This document shows, one piece after another, positions 40,237 through 50,461 of a stretch of DNA of 64,000 bases. The notes beneath the pieces were generated by a model. That model saw only the letters and a list, made by a program, of their open reading frames with translations, was not told the origin of the DNA and did not search any database. This stretch comes from an uncultured Phycisphaerales bacterium (lineage in GTDB: Bacteria; Planctomycetota; Phycisphaerae; Sedimentisphaerales; Anaerobacaceae): assembly GCA_963718665.1 (NCBI GenBank), contig OY970359.1, positions 1,504,001 through 1,568,000 on the forward strand. The letters run 5' to 3'. A program made the position numbers and the translations under genes. Numbering within the stretch: the stretch's first letter is position 1; each line of letters opens with the position of its first letter.

Positions 40237-41014
40237 GCCGTATCTCTATCCGCCGCTTGCGAGGCGTCTTTTCGGCGTGTGGTTCCGGCATGCGCGGGTT
40301 TATACCAAGAATATCTTCAGTAACGGCCTGCCTCCTTTTTTGGAACCGCTGATTTTTTTGGCGGGCGTCGGCTTAGGTCTGGGCAAATATGTAACCCAGT
40401 CGATGGAGGGACTTACCTATATCGAATTTCTGGGTACAGGGCTTCTTATGACGGCGGCGATGTTCACCGCGTCGTTCGAATGCACCTTCGGCACGTTTAT
40501 CCGGATGGAGTTCGATAAAGTTTATGACGGAATGTTGGCTGCGCCGCTGACCGCCAATAACCTGATTATCGGGGAAATTATCTGGGCGGGGACAAAGGGA
40601 TTTTTCTTCTCGTTTGCCGTACTGTGTGTGCTGACCTGTTTCGGCATCATATCTTTGCCTCGCGGTTTGCTTGCGCCGTTTATGGGGTTTTTCACGGGGC
40701 TGATGTTTTCTGTTATGGCGTTATTGGTTACGTCTTTTGTCAGGACGATTAACCATTTCAATTTTTACTTTACGGGTTTTATATCGCCGATGTTTTTCTT
40801 TTCGGGCGTGGTCTTTCCGATTTCCAACCTGCCTGCTTATATTCGTCCGTTCGCCGAGGCCATACCCCTGACGCATTCCGTCCGGCTTACACGTGCCTTA
40901 TGTGCAGGCCAATATCACTGGTATCTTCTGCTCGATATGCTTTACATAATAGTATTCATTTCTGTCGTTGGCTTTTTCGCGGTCAAACGGCTCAAAAAAC
41001 GGCTGGTATTCTAA
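40223..41014 (+). CDS. ABC-2 type permease (NodJ-like)
   Basis: Six-TM layout, FFSGVVFP, PLTHSV; overlaps the ATPase stop. Confidence 0.9.
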   Translation: MKSNKPYLYPPLARRLFGVWFRHARVYTKNIFSNGLPPFLEPLIFLAGVGLGLGKYVTQSMEGLTYIEFLGTGLLMTAAMFTASFECTFGTFIRMEFDKVYDGMLAAPLTANNLIIGEIIWAGTKGFFFSFAVLCVLTCFGIISLPRGLLAPFMGFFTGLMFSVMALLVTSFVRTINHFNFYFTGFISPMFFFSGVVFPISNLPAYIRPFAEAIPLTHSVRLTRALCAGQYHWYLLLDMLYIIVFISVVGFFAVKRLKKRLVF

Positions 41015-41018
41015 TTGC

Positions 41019-42047
41019 TTATTGAAAAAACGACTCCTGCCCCCCTTTTTTATACGCTTTGTTTAGTATAACAAAAGGCTCGATGTTCGCCCCTTCTGTA
41101 TAAAAGCAATATATCGGATAAGGTTGTCCATCAGAAAGAGTATATGGCCAGTCGTCAGGCGGAGGTGCTGGTTTGCATCCCCTCTTCCACATGGTGTGAA
41201 TGTTCTGGTATGCAACATAGCCTAGTCGAATCTCGCCCGGCGAAGCAGATGCTTGAATCTTGCATGACATGTTTAATGTTTTGCCGATCAAATCGCGTTG
41301 TTGCTTGGAAGATGAATGTCCGATAGTTAATACTACCGCAGCTCCAGATTCGATGCCGATTCGTACATCGATTGTCGGCAAACTTACCTCTTGGAGAGCG
41401 GGGTTCACAGCTTGGCGAATCAGACCCCGCATGGTCAGCGCACAGTCAATTGCGTTGTCATTGGCGGTCAGAAACGATGGGGGCGGAATATACGCCAAGA
41501 TGCCATCGCCCGTGAATTTGAGTATCTTGGCATGAAAGAATGGGGCTACCCGTGCTAATTCACTGAGAATCAAACTAATCGCTCTTGCATTAGCTTCTGG
41601 GGCAATGGAGTTTGACAACTTCGTCGAGCCAACTATGTCCAATGAAAGAATTGCAAAGCCTCGGACACCATCTGGCGAAGATTTCAGGAATTCTTCCGAG
41701 TAATCCACGGATTGGTAAGGTTGAGAATGTGTGCCTTTCAGTATCTGAGCGATTTTGGCTCGACGATCTGCAATATACTCGCGAGCATTGCCTAAATACT
41801 GACCTTTGCCTGTTGGTTGTCGGGATAGCCCCTCGGCAATCATTTTATAAACCAGTTCTACGGACATCCTCCAGTTGTCGAATTTGTCATAGAGGAATTG
41901 CTTATTCTCAGATTCTTTGATTTCATAACGAGCGGGATCGAAACGGACAAGGAGAGATTTGTGTCCTGTAACTTCATCTTTGACGATCTCCGTTTCTATG
42001 TCGAGTCGTAACCGCTTCTGATAGTCATGATTCTGTGCGTCAGACAT
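41019..42047 (-). CDS. Class III nucleotide cyclase with an unknown N-terminal domain
   Basis: LDIVGST, KFTGDG, RIGI, DLIGKTLN...KIQ. Confidence 0.88.
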   Translation of the reverse strand: MSDAQNHDYQKRLRLDIETEIVKDEVTGHKSLLVRFDPARYEIKESENKQFLYDKFDNWRMSVELVYKMIAEGLSRQPTGKGQYLGNAREYIADRRAKIAQILKGTHSQPYQSVDYSEEFLKSSPDGVRGFAILSLDIVGSTKLSNSIAPEANARAISLILSELARVAPFFHAKILKFTGDGILAYIPPPSFLTANDNAIDCALTMRGLIRQAVNPALQEVSLPTIDVRIGIESGAAVVLTIGHSSSKQQRDLIGKTLNMSCKIQASASPGEIRLGYVAYQNIHTMWKRGCKPAPPPDDWPYTLSDGQPYPIYCFYTEGANIEPFVILNKAYKKGGQESFFQ

Positions 42048-42264
42048 ATCCCAGCCCCTCCAGATTCTTTCTTGTTGCCTTATTCATCTTTGCCAATTCT
42101 ATTATTTGCAGGGCAGTATGTGTTTTTAAGTTTATATTTAGCACACATTTTTTCCCAACCGCCCTTAACTGTCAATCCCGCCTTGGGCAAGAATAGCTTT
42201 CTCGCCCTCAATTTATTCAGCAACGTAATCTCGACCTGTTCTGCCGAGACGATATCTATAAAAA

Positions 42265-42855
42265 TTATTCTCCAATCCAAAACTCATACCACTGCTTCAA
42301 TTTCTTGGTTTGAGCCATTTGCCGGATAATAGCCAAAGTAGCGAGGCAGTCGCCAATAGCGGTGTGATCTCCGCTTTCCAACTTGTGCCATCTGTAATTC
42401 CCATGATAATCATCCCACTCGCCTATGAATCGAGCATATTCGAGCATAGCACAATGCCAGTTTCCTTTAGGGGAAAATCCACCACTGACTTTATAGCTTT
42501 GTTTGTATAATCGAAGGTCAAATTCGGCGTTGTAAGCAATAATACCCTTGTGGCTGATAGTTTGCTTCAGTATGTCCTTGAGTTCCGAAAAGACAGGGCA
42601 ATTAATAAGTTCGTCCATAGTGAGCCCATGAACATTAGTCGCATCTCTCGGGATAGTTTTTCTTTTCTGAGGACGAATGTTCTGGTTTAGAAGAGTATTG
42701 CCATCAAGATCTATAATTCCTATCTGGATGATTTCATCATTTCTACCGATGCCGGTTGTTTCGGTATCTAAGATTACGAACCGTTCCTTGTTTGCAAGAA
42801 CCATCCTCGCCCAATCGATAGCCGCTCTTTGGTCTTTGTAACATGGGTGGAGCAT
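42265..42855 (-). CDS. DEDDh 3'-5' exonuclease (DnaQ-like)
   Basis: ExoI ILDTETTG, ExoII YNAEFD, ExoIII HTAIGD. Confidence 0.9.
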   Translation of the reverse strand: MLHPCYKDQRAAIDWARMVLANKERFVILDTETTGIGRNDEIIQIGIIDLDGNTLLNQNIRPQKRKTIPRDATNVHGLTMDELINCPVFSELKDILKQTISHKGIIAYNAEFDLRLYKQSYKVSGGFSPKGNWHCAMLEYARFIGEWDDYHGNYRWHKLESGDHTAIGDCLATLAIIRQMAQTKKLKQWYEFWIGE

Positions 42856-42987
42856 ATTTGTTAATGAGTCCTTTAAGATTGTGCGAATCCGATCACCCTC
42901 GGCAATTATACACCGGATGGCCCAATTATACCTTTTCTCTCCTAAAGCACAAATTTTTTGCGGCGAACAGCTCAAAAAACGGCTTGT

Positions 42988-43854
42988 TTACTGATTCAAC
43001 GCGGCGAGGACGCTCATCGCGTTGAAGAGTGCGTGGACGAAAATTGAGCGGAAAAGCGAGCCGCTTTTTTCGTAAGTATAGCCGAGGCAAAGCGACAGGG
43101 CGAATAGGGCGAGCCAGTGCTCCGGATTTGCGTGGAAAATAATGAAAACAAGCGAAGTCACAAAAATCGCGGGCCAGGGTCTGACGATATATGACCGCAG
43201 CGCAGTTTGAATCATCCCGCGGAAGATAAGCTCCTCCACAAACGGCACGACCACAATCGCGGTGAAAACAATCAGGGCACGCACCTGCCACTGGGAATAG
43301 GCGATTATCTGCTTTAATTCTTCGTGCTGCGGCATTTGAAATTTGTCGCCTAAGAGCAATTTGCCGATTATGGTCGTCAGGATAATCGCGCCGAGGACGA
43401 CCGGCATAACGGCGAGCAGATTGAGCAGAGCAGCGACAAAGTCACGTGGAATGGTTTTCGGATTAAGCCCCAGTCCTTTGAGGCCACGGGCAAAAGTGAG
43501 CCGTGCTATCATAATGCTCGTTACGATTGCGGGGATTACGCCAAGGCAAAGCGATAGGTTGTCCGCTATAGCATCCTGCCAGTCGGGCAGGCCCGCCAGT
43601 AATTTTTCCTTGATGAAATATAATACCGATACCATCCCAAACCACAGAAAAAACGGTATAAGTGCCCAAAGGGGGGGCATAATATTTTCCCGTGCCGGCG
43701 CGTTGTCGAGTGCCTTTGTGCCCAGGGATGTCCGGATTGCCCAGACCAATAGCACCAATATGCCGCCTACGCATACAACCAGGTCGGCTATGGTGGCTTG
43801 GCCGCCAAGCTCTTCGAGAATACTCGTTATCTTTGCGATATCCACAATTGCCAT
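42988..43854 (-). CDS. CPBP (Abi/CAAX) intramembrane metalloprotease
   Basis: EELIFRG, FIIFH, HALFN. Confidence 0.92.
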   Translation of the reverse strand: MAIVDIAKITSILEELGGQATIADLVVCVGGILVLLVWAIRTSLGTKALDNAPARENIMPPLWALIPFFLWFGMVSVLYFIKEKLLAGLPDWQDAIADNLSLCLGVIPAIVTSIMIARLTFARGLKGLGLNPKTIPRDFVAALLNLLAVMPVVLGAIILTTIIGKLLLGDKFQMPQHEELKQIIAYSQWQVRALIVFTAIVVVPFVEELIFRGMIQTALRSYIVRPWPAIFVTSLVFIIFHANPEHWLALFALSLCLGYTYEKSGSLFRSIFVHALFNAMSVLAALNQ

Positions 43855-43927
43855 TGCCTCACTTGATAAAAACAGTCGTTTGTATTACCATATACGAACT
43901 CGATTTAGCTTTTCAAGGAAAATAGAT

Positions 43928-45203
43928 ATGGACATATTTCGAATCGAAGGACCGGTTCGTCTTTCGGGCACGGTCTCCGTCAACGGGTCGAAGAACGCGG
44001 CGTTGCCGATTATGGCCGCGGCGATACTTGCACCGGGCAAATCAATCCTGAGAGGCGCTCCCCGGCTTTCGGATATTTCGGTCTTCGGACAGTTGCTCGT
44101 GGACATCGGCTGCAAGGTCGCGAGAGAACCCAACGGCGATATCAGCATCGACTCGACCACGATAGGTAAACCCGTGGGCGAATACGACATCGTCCGCAAG
44201 ATGCGCGGGAATCTGCATTCTCGGCCCGCTTTTGGCGAGATGCGGCAAGGCGCAGGTCTCGATGCCCGGCGGCTGCGCGATTGGTTATCGCCCGGTCGAT
44301 ATTCACATTCGTGGGCTGCGCGAGCTTGGGGTTCAGATTGACCTCGAAAACGGCTACATCGTCGCGGACGCGACCAAGGGATTACGGGGCAGGGAGATAT
44401 TCCTGGGCGGGCCTTTCGGCTCGACCGTTCTGGGTACGGCAAATGTGATGATGGCGGCGACATTGGCCAAAGGCACGACGGTAATCGAATCCGCCGCCTG
44501 TGAGCCGGAAGTTACCGACCTGGCGAACTGCCTCAATAAAATGGGCGCGAAAATAACCGGCATCGGCTCGCCTCGTCTGATAATTGAGGGAGTCAAGCAG
44601 CTTAAGCCATTCGAATACGATGTTATACCCGACCGAATTGAGGCGGGGACATTTATGGCGGCGGCAGCGATTACCAAAGGTTGTCTGCACATACAAAACT
44701 GCCGGCTCGGAGACCTGATGGCGGTTGTTGACAAGTTCCGCAATATAGGCGTTACCGTTGAGGCCGAAAATTCGGGTTGTATCGTCGCCTGCTCAGGGCA
44801 CGTCAGGCCGACAGATATTACCACCCAGCCGTATCCCGGTTTCCCCACCGACCTTCAGGCACAGTTTATGGCGTTGCTCGCGTTGGCGGAGGGAAACAGC
44901 ATCATAATAGAAAAGATTTTCCCGGACAGATTTATGCATGTCGCGGAGCTTGCTCGAATGGCAGCCGACCTGCGAAAAGAAGGCGCGGCTGTAATTGTAT
45001 CGGGGGTCAAGAAGCTTGTCGCTGCACCGGTTATGGCGTCGGACCTGCGCGCGTCGGCTGCTCTTGTCATAGCGGCGCTGGCAGCCGAGGGAACAACCAT
45101 AATCAACAGGGTTTATCATATCGACCGCGGCTACGAAAAAATCGAGGAGCGGCTCAACCCCGTCGGCGCAAAAATCACCCGCGAAGGCGACGGTTCAGTA
45201 TAG
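43928..45203 (+). CDS. murA: UDP-N-acetylglucosamine 1-carboxyvinyltransferase, apparent frameshift near 44205
   Basis: GSKNAALP...VRKMR in one frame; ICILGPLLAR...PGGCAIG.RPVD.H, DRIEAGT, YPGFPTDLQ, DLRASA, HIDRGY in the next. Confidence 0.93.
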
Positions 45204-45251
45204 CACGAAAAAGGGGTCAGGCCCCTTTTTCATCGAAATGTGGTTTTGATT

Positions 45252-45806
45252 ATGAAAAAGATATTAGCCGTAATAGGCAGTCCGCGCAAGGGCGGTAATA
45301 CTGATTTGCTCGTCCGTAAACTGGCGGAAGGGGCCGCGTCGAAAGGCGCACAGGTCGATACGATTATGCTTGCCGGCCTGAATATCCGCGAGTGCGACGG
45401 CTGTCACGTTTGCTGGAAGGGCAAACCCTGCTGCAAACGCGACGATATGCTTGGGCTGTATCAGAAAATAAGCGAAAGCGACGCGATTGTATTCGGTACG
45501 CCCGTTTACTGGTTTGGGCCGACGGCGATTATGAAGGCGTTTATCGACCGCTTTGTATATTTCAACTGCCCCGAAAACAGGGTAAAAATCAAAGGCAAAG
45601 GCGCGGCTACGATAATACCTTTCGAAGACGATACCATCGACACCGCGAGACCTCTCATCGAGCTTTTTGAAAAGTCGTTTGAATACCTCGAAATGCGATT
45701 GGTCGGCAGTATTATTGCTGGCGGGGTGGGCGAGAAGGGCGATATTCTCAAAAAGCCGGACCGGCTGAATGAAGCGTATGAGCTGGGCAAACGACTGGCG
45801 GATTAA
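45252..45806 (+). CDS. Flavodoxin family / iron-sulfur flavoprotein
   Basis: GSPRKGGNT, CDGCHVC....C, GTPVYW, KAFIDR. Confidence 0.9.
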   Translation: MKKILAVIGSPRKGGNTDLLVRKLAEGAASKGAQVDTIMLAGLNIRECDGCHVCWKGKPCCKRDDMLGLYQKISESDAIVFGTPVYWFGPTAIMKAFIDRFVYFNCPENRVKIKGKGAATIIPFEDDTIDTARPLIELFEKSFEYLEMRLVGSIIAGGVGEKGDILKKPDRLNEAYELGKRLAD

Positions 45807-45893
45807 CCGATGTGAGCCGCAAACTTTAGCACCTGTTGCGGCAATCATCCGTATAATAGATAAAAATTTTATTTCTACGGAAACCGTTGCTTT

Positions 45894-46658
45894 ATGAAAT
45901 GGTCGTTAAACGCAGGCCGGATATTCGGCATAAAACTACGTATTCACATAACTTTCTTCCTGCTTCTGCTGTTTGTGTTCTTCTCGGATATAAAGGAGGG
46001 TTTCGGGCAGGCCGGGTTATCGGTGCTGTTTGTGTGCGCGATATTCGCCTGCGTTGTCATTCACGAGCTGTCTCACAGTTTGGTCGCACGACGTTTCGGC
46101 AGGGAGCCGAAGAGCATCACTTTGCTGCCCATCGGGGGCGTAGCTGAAATCGATATGATGCCGACCAAGCCCTCGCAGGAAATAGCTATATCAATCGTCG
46201 GCCCAGCCACCAATATTGTGATAGCGATAGTACTTGCTCTGGTTGGCGGTTTTTCAATGGCTGCCGCCCTCAATAATAACTCCAACTTGAGTGCTTCCCA
46301 GTTATTCATCGCAGATCTTATAGCGGCCAACATAGTGCTGGCGGTGTTCAACCTTATTCCGGCGCTGCCTATGGACGGAGGCAGGATTTTTAGAAGCATC
46401 CTTGCGTTGAAATTTGGTTTTCTGCGAGCCACGTTGTGGGCGGCAACAATCGGCAAAGTAATAGCCCTGCTTTTTATCGTTCTCGGGTTTTTCTACAACC
46501 CGTGGCTTGCGCTGATTGGCTTCTTCATTTACGCCGGCGCAAACAGTGAAAAGCAGCAGGCAATCATACTGATGATGCTCGCTCAAAGGCCGCCCGATTT
46601 GACAATACCGCCCGAATATATTAACTTAAAAGAAGATGACCGGATTACGCGGCAGTAA
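45894..46658 (+). CDS. Site-2 protease (M50)
   Basis: HELSH, FNLIPALPMDGGR. Confidence 0.93.
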   Translation: MKWSLNAGRIFGIKLRIHITFFLLLLFVFFSDIKEGFGQAGLSVLFVCAIFACVVIHELSHSLVARRFGREPKSITLLPIGGVAEIDMMPTKPSQEIAISIVGPATNIVIAIVLALVGGFSMAAALNNNSNLSASQLFIADLIAANIVLAVFNLIPALPMDGGRIFRSILALKFGFLRATLWAATIGKVIALLFIVLGFFYNPWLALIGFFIYAGANSEKQQAIILMMLAQRPPDLTIPPEYINLKEDDRITRQ

Positions 46659-46704
46659 CCGCGAGGTCAGAATATCACCGTTATCGATTTGGAGGTATAA
46701 AGAT

Positions 46705-47955
46705 ATGTCGAGACAAGATGATAAAAGAATCAATCGCAGGAATTTTCTGAAGACAGCGGGACTGGTCGGGGTGGGTGGTGTAGTCGCGGCAGCAAAAGTC
46801 AACGCGGCTGACGCCAGCGGGCCGAATGTGCCGGCGGCGCAGCCCCCAATTCAAAAAGTGCCGAAACGAAAACTCGGCAAAACGGGAGTCGAAGTCCCGA
46901 TATTATCGCTTGGTTTCGGCAGGCCCGGCGAACAGGCGGTTTTGAGGCAGTCGCTCGACTGGGGCGTGAATCACTGGGATACGTCGCTGGCGGCGGCAAA
47001 CGGGGCGAGCGAACTAAGTATCGGCGAATTTATCGCCAAGAATCCCGAACTTAGAAAAGATATATTTCTCGTTACCAAGGAAAATAAATCGAAAACAACC
47101 GATGACCTGGAAAAATGCCTGCAAACGTCTTTAAAGCAGCTCAATACCAGTTACATAGACCTGTATTTCGGCGTGTATATGGTAAATGATATGGTCCGGC
47201 TTACTGACGACGTAAAAAAGTGGGCCGAAAACGCCAAGAAGCGAGGCGTGATAAAACACTTCGGCTTCAGTACCCACGAAAATATGGCTAAGTGCCTTTC
47301 GGCTGCGGCAAAGCTCGACTGGATTGACGCCATACAAACAAAATATGATTTCCGGCTGATGCAGGACGCCCAAATGCAGGATGCCATAGAGGCCTGCCAC
47401 AAAGCCGGTATCGGTCTTATCGCAATGAAGACGCAGAGTATGCGACAACGCAGTGCCACGGCAGATGCCAATGCTGAAGCGGAAGCCGACAAAAAAATGC
47501 TCGCCCATTTCCTCGAAAAGGGCTTCACCGAAGGACAAGCGAAAATTAAGGCGGTTATGGATGACCAGCGTTTCAGCACAGTTTGCTCGGCGATGAGCAG
47601 CACTACAATGCTGATGACCAATATTGCGGCCGCGATGGACAAGACCAAACTGACAAAGGCCGATATGGAAGTGCTCCGACAATACGCACAGGCGACTTGC
47701 AGCGGATATTGCGCGGGCTGTTCGCATATTTGCGAGCCAGTGGCCTTGGGCGTGCCGGTCAGCGACATTATGCGGGCCTTGATGTATCATGACAGCTACG
47801 GCGATATCGCCCAGGCGAAAGCAGTGTTTGCTGAGATTCCGGCTGACGTAAAACAGCGTTTGCTGAGCGTCGATTACAGCGTCGCGGAATCCCGCTGCCC
47901 GAACCGTATGCAGATAGGCAAGCTTGTAGCGGACGCGGCAGCCAAACTGGCGTAA
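46705..47955 (+). CDS. Aldo/keto reductase with Tat-like N-terminus and C-terminal Cys cluster
   Basis: NRRNFLK, PKRKLGKTG, SLKQLNTSYIDL, GFSTH, CAGCSHIC. Confidence 0.88.
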   Translation: MSRQDDKRINRRNFLKTAGLVGVGGVVAAAKVNAADASGPNVPAAQPPIQKVPKRKLGKTGVEVPILSLGFGRPGEQAVLRQSLDWGVNHWDTSLAAANGASELSIGEFIAKNPELRKDIFLVTKENKSKTTDDLEKCLQTSLKQLNTSYIDLYFGVYMVNDMVRLTDDVKKWAENAKKRGVIKHFGFSTHENMAKCLSAAAKLDWIDAIQTKYDFRLMQDAQMQDAIEACHKAGIGLIAMKTQSMRQRSATADANAEAEADKKMLAHFLEKGFTEGQAKIKAVMDDQRFSTVCSAMSSTTMLMTNIAAAMDKTKLTKADMEVLRQYAQATCSGYCAGCSHICEPVALGVPVSDIMRALMYHDSYGDIAQAKAVFAEIPADVKQRLLSVDYSVAESRCPNRMQIGKLVADAAAKLA

Positions 47956-47975
47956 ACAGTTGCGGGAAGCAAGCT

Positions 47976-48395
47976 ATGATTCGGATAATCGGCGAAACGG
48001 TCATCAGTGAGGGTGATATCGTTTATCGATTCTCCCGCAGCGCCGGGCCGGGCGGGCAGAATGTCAATAAGCTCAATACCCGCGTTACGCTTTTTTTCGA
48101 TATAAACAAAAGTCGATGCCTGACTACTGAACAAAAGCAGCTCCTGTTTGACCGGCTTTCGTCAAGGATTTCGGATGATGGCTTGCTGACAATTGTTTCG
48201 CAGAGGCACAGGACCCAAATCGCAAACCGTAAATCAGCGCAAAACCGTCTCGTTGAATTGCTAAAGTTCGCCTTGAGGGATATACCTGTAAGAAAAGAAA
48301 CCGATGTTCCGCACGCCGAAAAGCGGAAACGCCTTCGTCGCAAGCGGCACCGCAGCGAAATCAAACAGTTGAGAAAATCCGTTGCTTTCGATTGA
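47976..48395 (+). CDS. arfB: Alternative ribosome rescue peptidyl-tRNA hydrolase
   Basis: RSAGPGGQNVNK, RTQIANR, basic C-terminal tail. Confidence 0.93.
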   Translation: MIRIIGETVISEGDIVYRFSRSAGPGGQNVNKLNTRVTLFFDINKSRCLTTEQKQLLFDRLSSRISDDGLLTIVSQRHRTQIANRKSAQNRLVELLKFALRDIPVRKETDVPHAEKRKRLRRKRHRSEIKQLRKSVAFD

Positions 48396-48408
48396 TTTTG
48401 CTGGCCTG

Positions 48409-49029
48409 TTATCCTGATAGTTCAACGTCGATTGGTTTGCCCGTCGCGGGGCCTGCGGCAAGAACCAGTTTCTTTCCAAGTCGAACCGCCTCCTGCATTG
48501 CCTCGGCATTGTCGGCGATTTTGCCCGCATCGTCAGTGTTGCTGATAAACAGGTTGGCAAAATAACCCATATCAATTGCGTCCAAGTAGTATTTCATCAT
48601 CAGCCGGATGCAATCGAATGCTTTGCCTCCCTTTTTTCCTCCGACGGCAATGACCATAGCGAGCCGGCTTATCTCTCGCGGCCCAATGATGGGACGCTTA
48701 AGAATATATTTAGTTGCCCAAAGACACTGGCAGCGGTCGATGAGTATTTTCGCCTGCGAGCAGACGCTCATAAAAAATATCGGCGTCGCAAAAACTATGC
48801 GGTCCGCAGCGAGGATTTTCGCAAGTACCGCTGCGAAATCGTCCTGGAGGGGGCATTCGCCCGTCGTGTAACACGCCCCGCACGCCGAGCAGGGCGAGAT
48901 ATTGAATTTGCAAAGTCGCAGGTATTCCGCCTCGGCGCCCGCCGAGCTGACACCGGACAGCGCTTGGCGCAAAAGCATATTGCTGTTGCTGTTTTCCCGC
49001 GGGCTTGTGGATATTCCGAGCACTTTCAT
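48409..49029 (-). CDS. Flavodoxin family / iron-sulfur flavoprotein
   Basis: TSPRENSNS, CSACGAC....C, ATPIFF, KILIDR. Confidence 0.88.
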   Translation of the reverse strand: MKVLGISTSPRENSNSNMLLRQALSGVSSAGAEAEYLRLCKFNISPCSACGACYTTGECPLQDDFAAVLAKILAADRIVFATPIFFMSVCSQAKILIDRCQCLWATKYILKRPIIGPREISRLAMVIAVGGKKGGKAFDCIRLMMKYYLDAIDMGYFANLFISNTDDAGKIADNAEAMQEAVRLGKKLVLAAGPATGKPIDVELSG

Positions 49030-49050
49030 AATCGTTTGCTTAATATCAGG

Positions 49051-50310
49051 CTAATTGCGTTTCCTTGTTTCCCTTAACGCGTTTTCGTAGGCGGCGTTTA
49101 TCGAAGTCAATTCCTTCTCAACGGATTCAGTATCCAGGTGCAGGTCGGGATATTTTTTCGCAAGCGTCTTGAGGGTTTCGACGTCGGTCTTGGCCTCGCG
49201 CAGCATAGCCATAAATTTCGGCACCGGCTGCTGATATTTCGATTGTTCGACCTTAAGGTCAAAATCCCTGAGCGCTTCATCCATTTTTCGCTGTGCTATT
49301 TGCAGGTCTCTTCTGGCGAACGCTATTTTTTTGTCTATAACAACATTTGCGTCGCTGGCATTAAGCTGCTGAAGCAGTTGTTCTCGTGAGTTGACAAGCC
49401 CGTCGGCTATCGTACATTCGACGGCCTCCTTGGCGGTCAGGGTCAAAAGCGACCCCGATTTGTTCCAGGTTCGTACGACCTGCTGGCCGGGCCTTTTGTT
49501 TACGGGGTCGATGAATAATCTTTTTGCCCCCTGGTCAACCTCAACTACCTCGATACTGCTGTCAACCATCGCTCTTGCGAGCAATCCGGGGCGGTTGTTC
49601 TGTTGCGCCAGCGAGGCCAGATATGCACGCCAGGCGGAGCTCATTTTTTCGTCAATCACGTCTCCGTATTTTCTGTCTTTGAGCTGTTCTTTGTCTTTAG
49701 GCAAAGTAACCAGTGTTGCGGCGCCGATTATTGTGTCTTCCGCCATATAGATTTTGTTGCAGGATAGCGCGACCGCCGCGCCGGCGGATATTGCACCGCC
49801 GTATTTGCCGCCTTTGACAAAGGCGATTACGTTGCAGTCGGCGTTTTTTATGATGGCCGTGCACATCCGCTGGGCCAAGTCAACCCGCCCGCCGGGCGTA
49901 TCGATTTCAACAAGTATGAACAAAGGGCCTTCCTGCGAACTGTTGGCTATCGCTTTCTCAAAGGCGTCGGTTTCTATCTCATACAGTATCGCATCATCCT
50001 CCGGCACAACAATGACCTTGTTGTTCCTGCCGATATTGTCCCGTTTGATTTCCCATTCTTTGGGATTCAGCTTGAGCAGTCCTTTTTCCTGTGTAAAGAC
50101 GCTCGTCGGCCCATTTTCGGCCTCATTGGCTTTCGGAGAGCTGTCATCCTGGCGGGTGCTTTGGACGGAGCCGGGTAATCGGGATGTGATATAGCCGTGG
50201 AGCGTTTCGTTTGTCTGGCGATTGGTAAATGTGTCCGCCGGACAAACGCCGGCAGACAGTATTAGTAACGCCGATGTTAAAGCAACTACAGTTTTAAGCT
50301 TTTTCATCAT
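49051..50310 (-). CDS. Exported ClpP/crotonase-fold (NfeD N-terminal-like) protein
   Basis: Signal peptide, IDTPGG, AISAGA..AL, IGAA, LLTLTA.EA. Confidence 0.8.
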   Translation of the reverse strand: MMKKLKTVVALTSALLILSAGVCPADTFTNRQTNETLHGYITSRLPGSVQSTRQDDSSPKANEAENGPTSVFTQEKGLLKLNPKEWEIKRDNIGRNNKVIVVPEDDAILYEIETDAFEKAIANSSQEGPLFILVEIDTPGGRVDLAQRMCTAIIKNADCNVIAFVKGGKYGGAISAGAAVALSCNKIYMAEDTIIGAATLVTLPKDKEQLKDRKYGDVIDEKMSSAWRAYLASLAQQNNRPGLLARAMVDSSIEVVEVDQGAKRLFIDPVNKRPGQQVVRTWNKSGSLLTLTAKEAVECTIADGLVNSREQLLQQLNASDANVVIDKKIAFARRDLQIAQRKMDEALRDFDLKVEQSKYQQPVPKFMAMLREAKTDVETLKTLAKKYPDLHLDTESVEKELTSINAAYENALRETRKRN

Positions 50311-50461
50311 AATACCCTGCCATTTTCTTAACGCCGTTATTATATCATAAGCAATCCAAAATAAATATACGCTTCGGTGCCGCACGCAGGGGCTTGCAAA
50401 AAAACGTTACTGTGGTAAAAGATTCATTGCCTCGATTCACCTTTTTACACAGGAATCTGGT

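Noticed and set aside
41019..42047. Calling the cyclase a canonical Pycsar PycC
   Set aside because: It has purine-type specificity residues and no adjacent TIR or TM cNMP-binding effector.
42080..42280. 66-aa ORF between exonuclease and cyclase as a third system component
   Set aside because: TTG start inside the exonuclease 3' end, no motif, and it spans a promoter-like TTGACA; probably spurious.
45206..45231. AAAAAGGGGTCAGGCCCCTTTTT as a novel element
   Set aside because: Single short hairpin after murA, adequately explained as a bidirectional terminator or lone REP.
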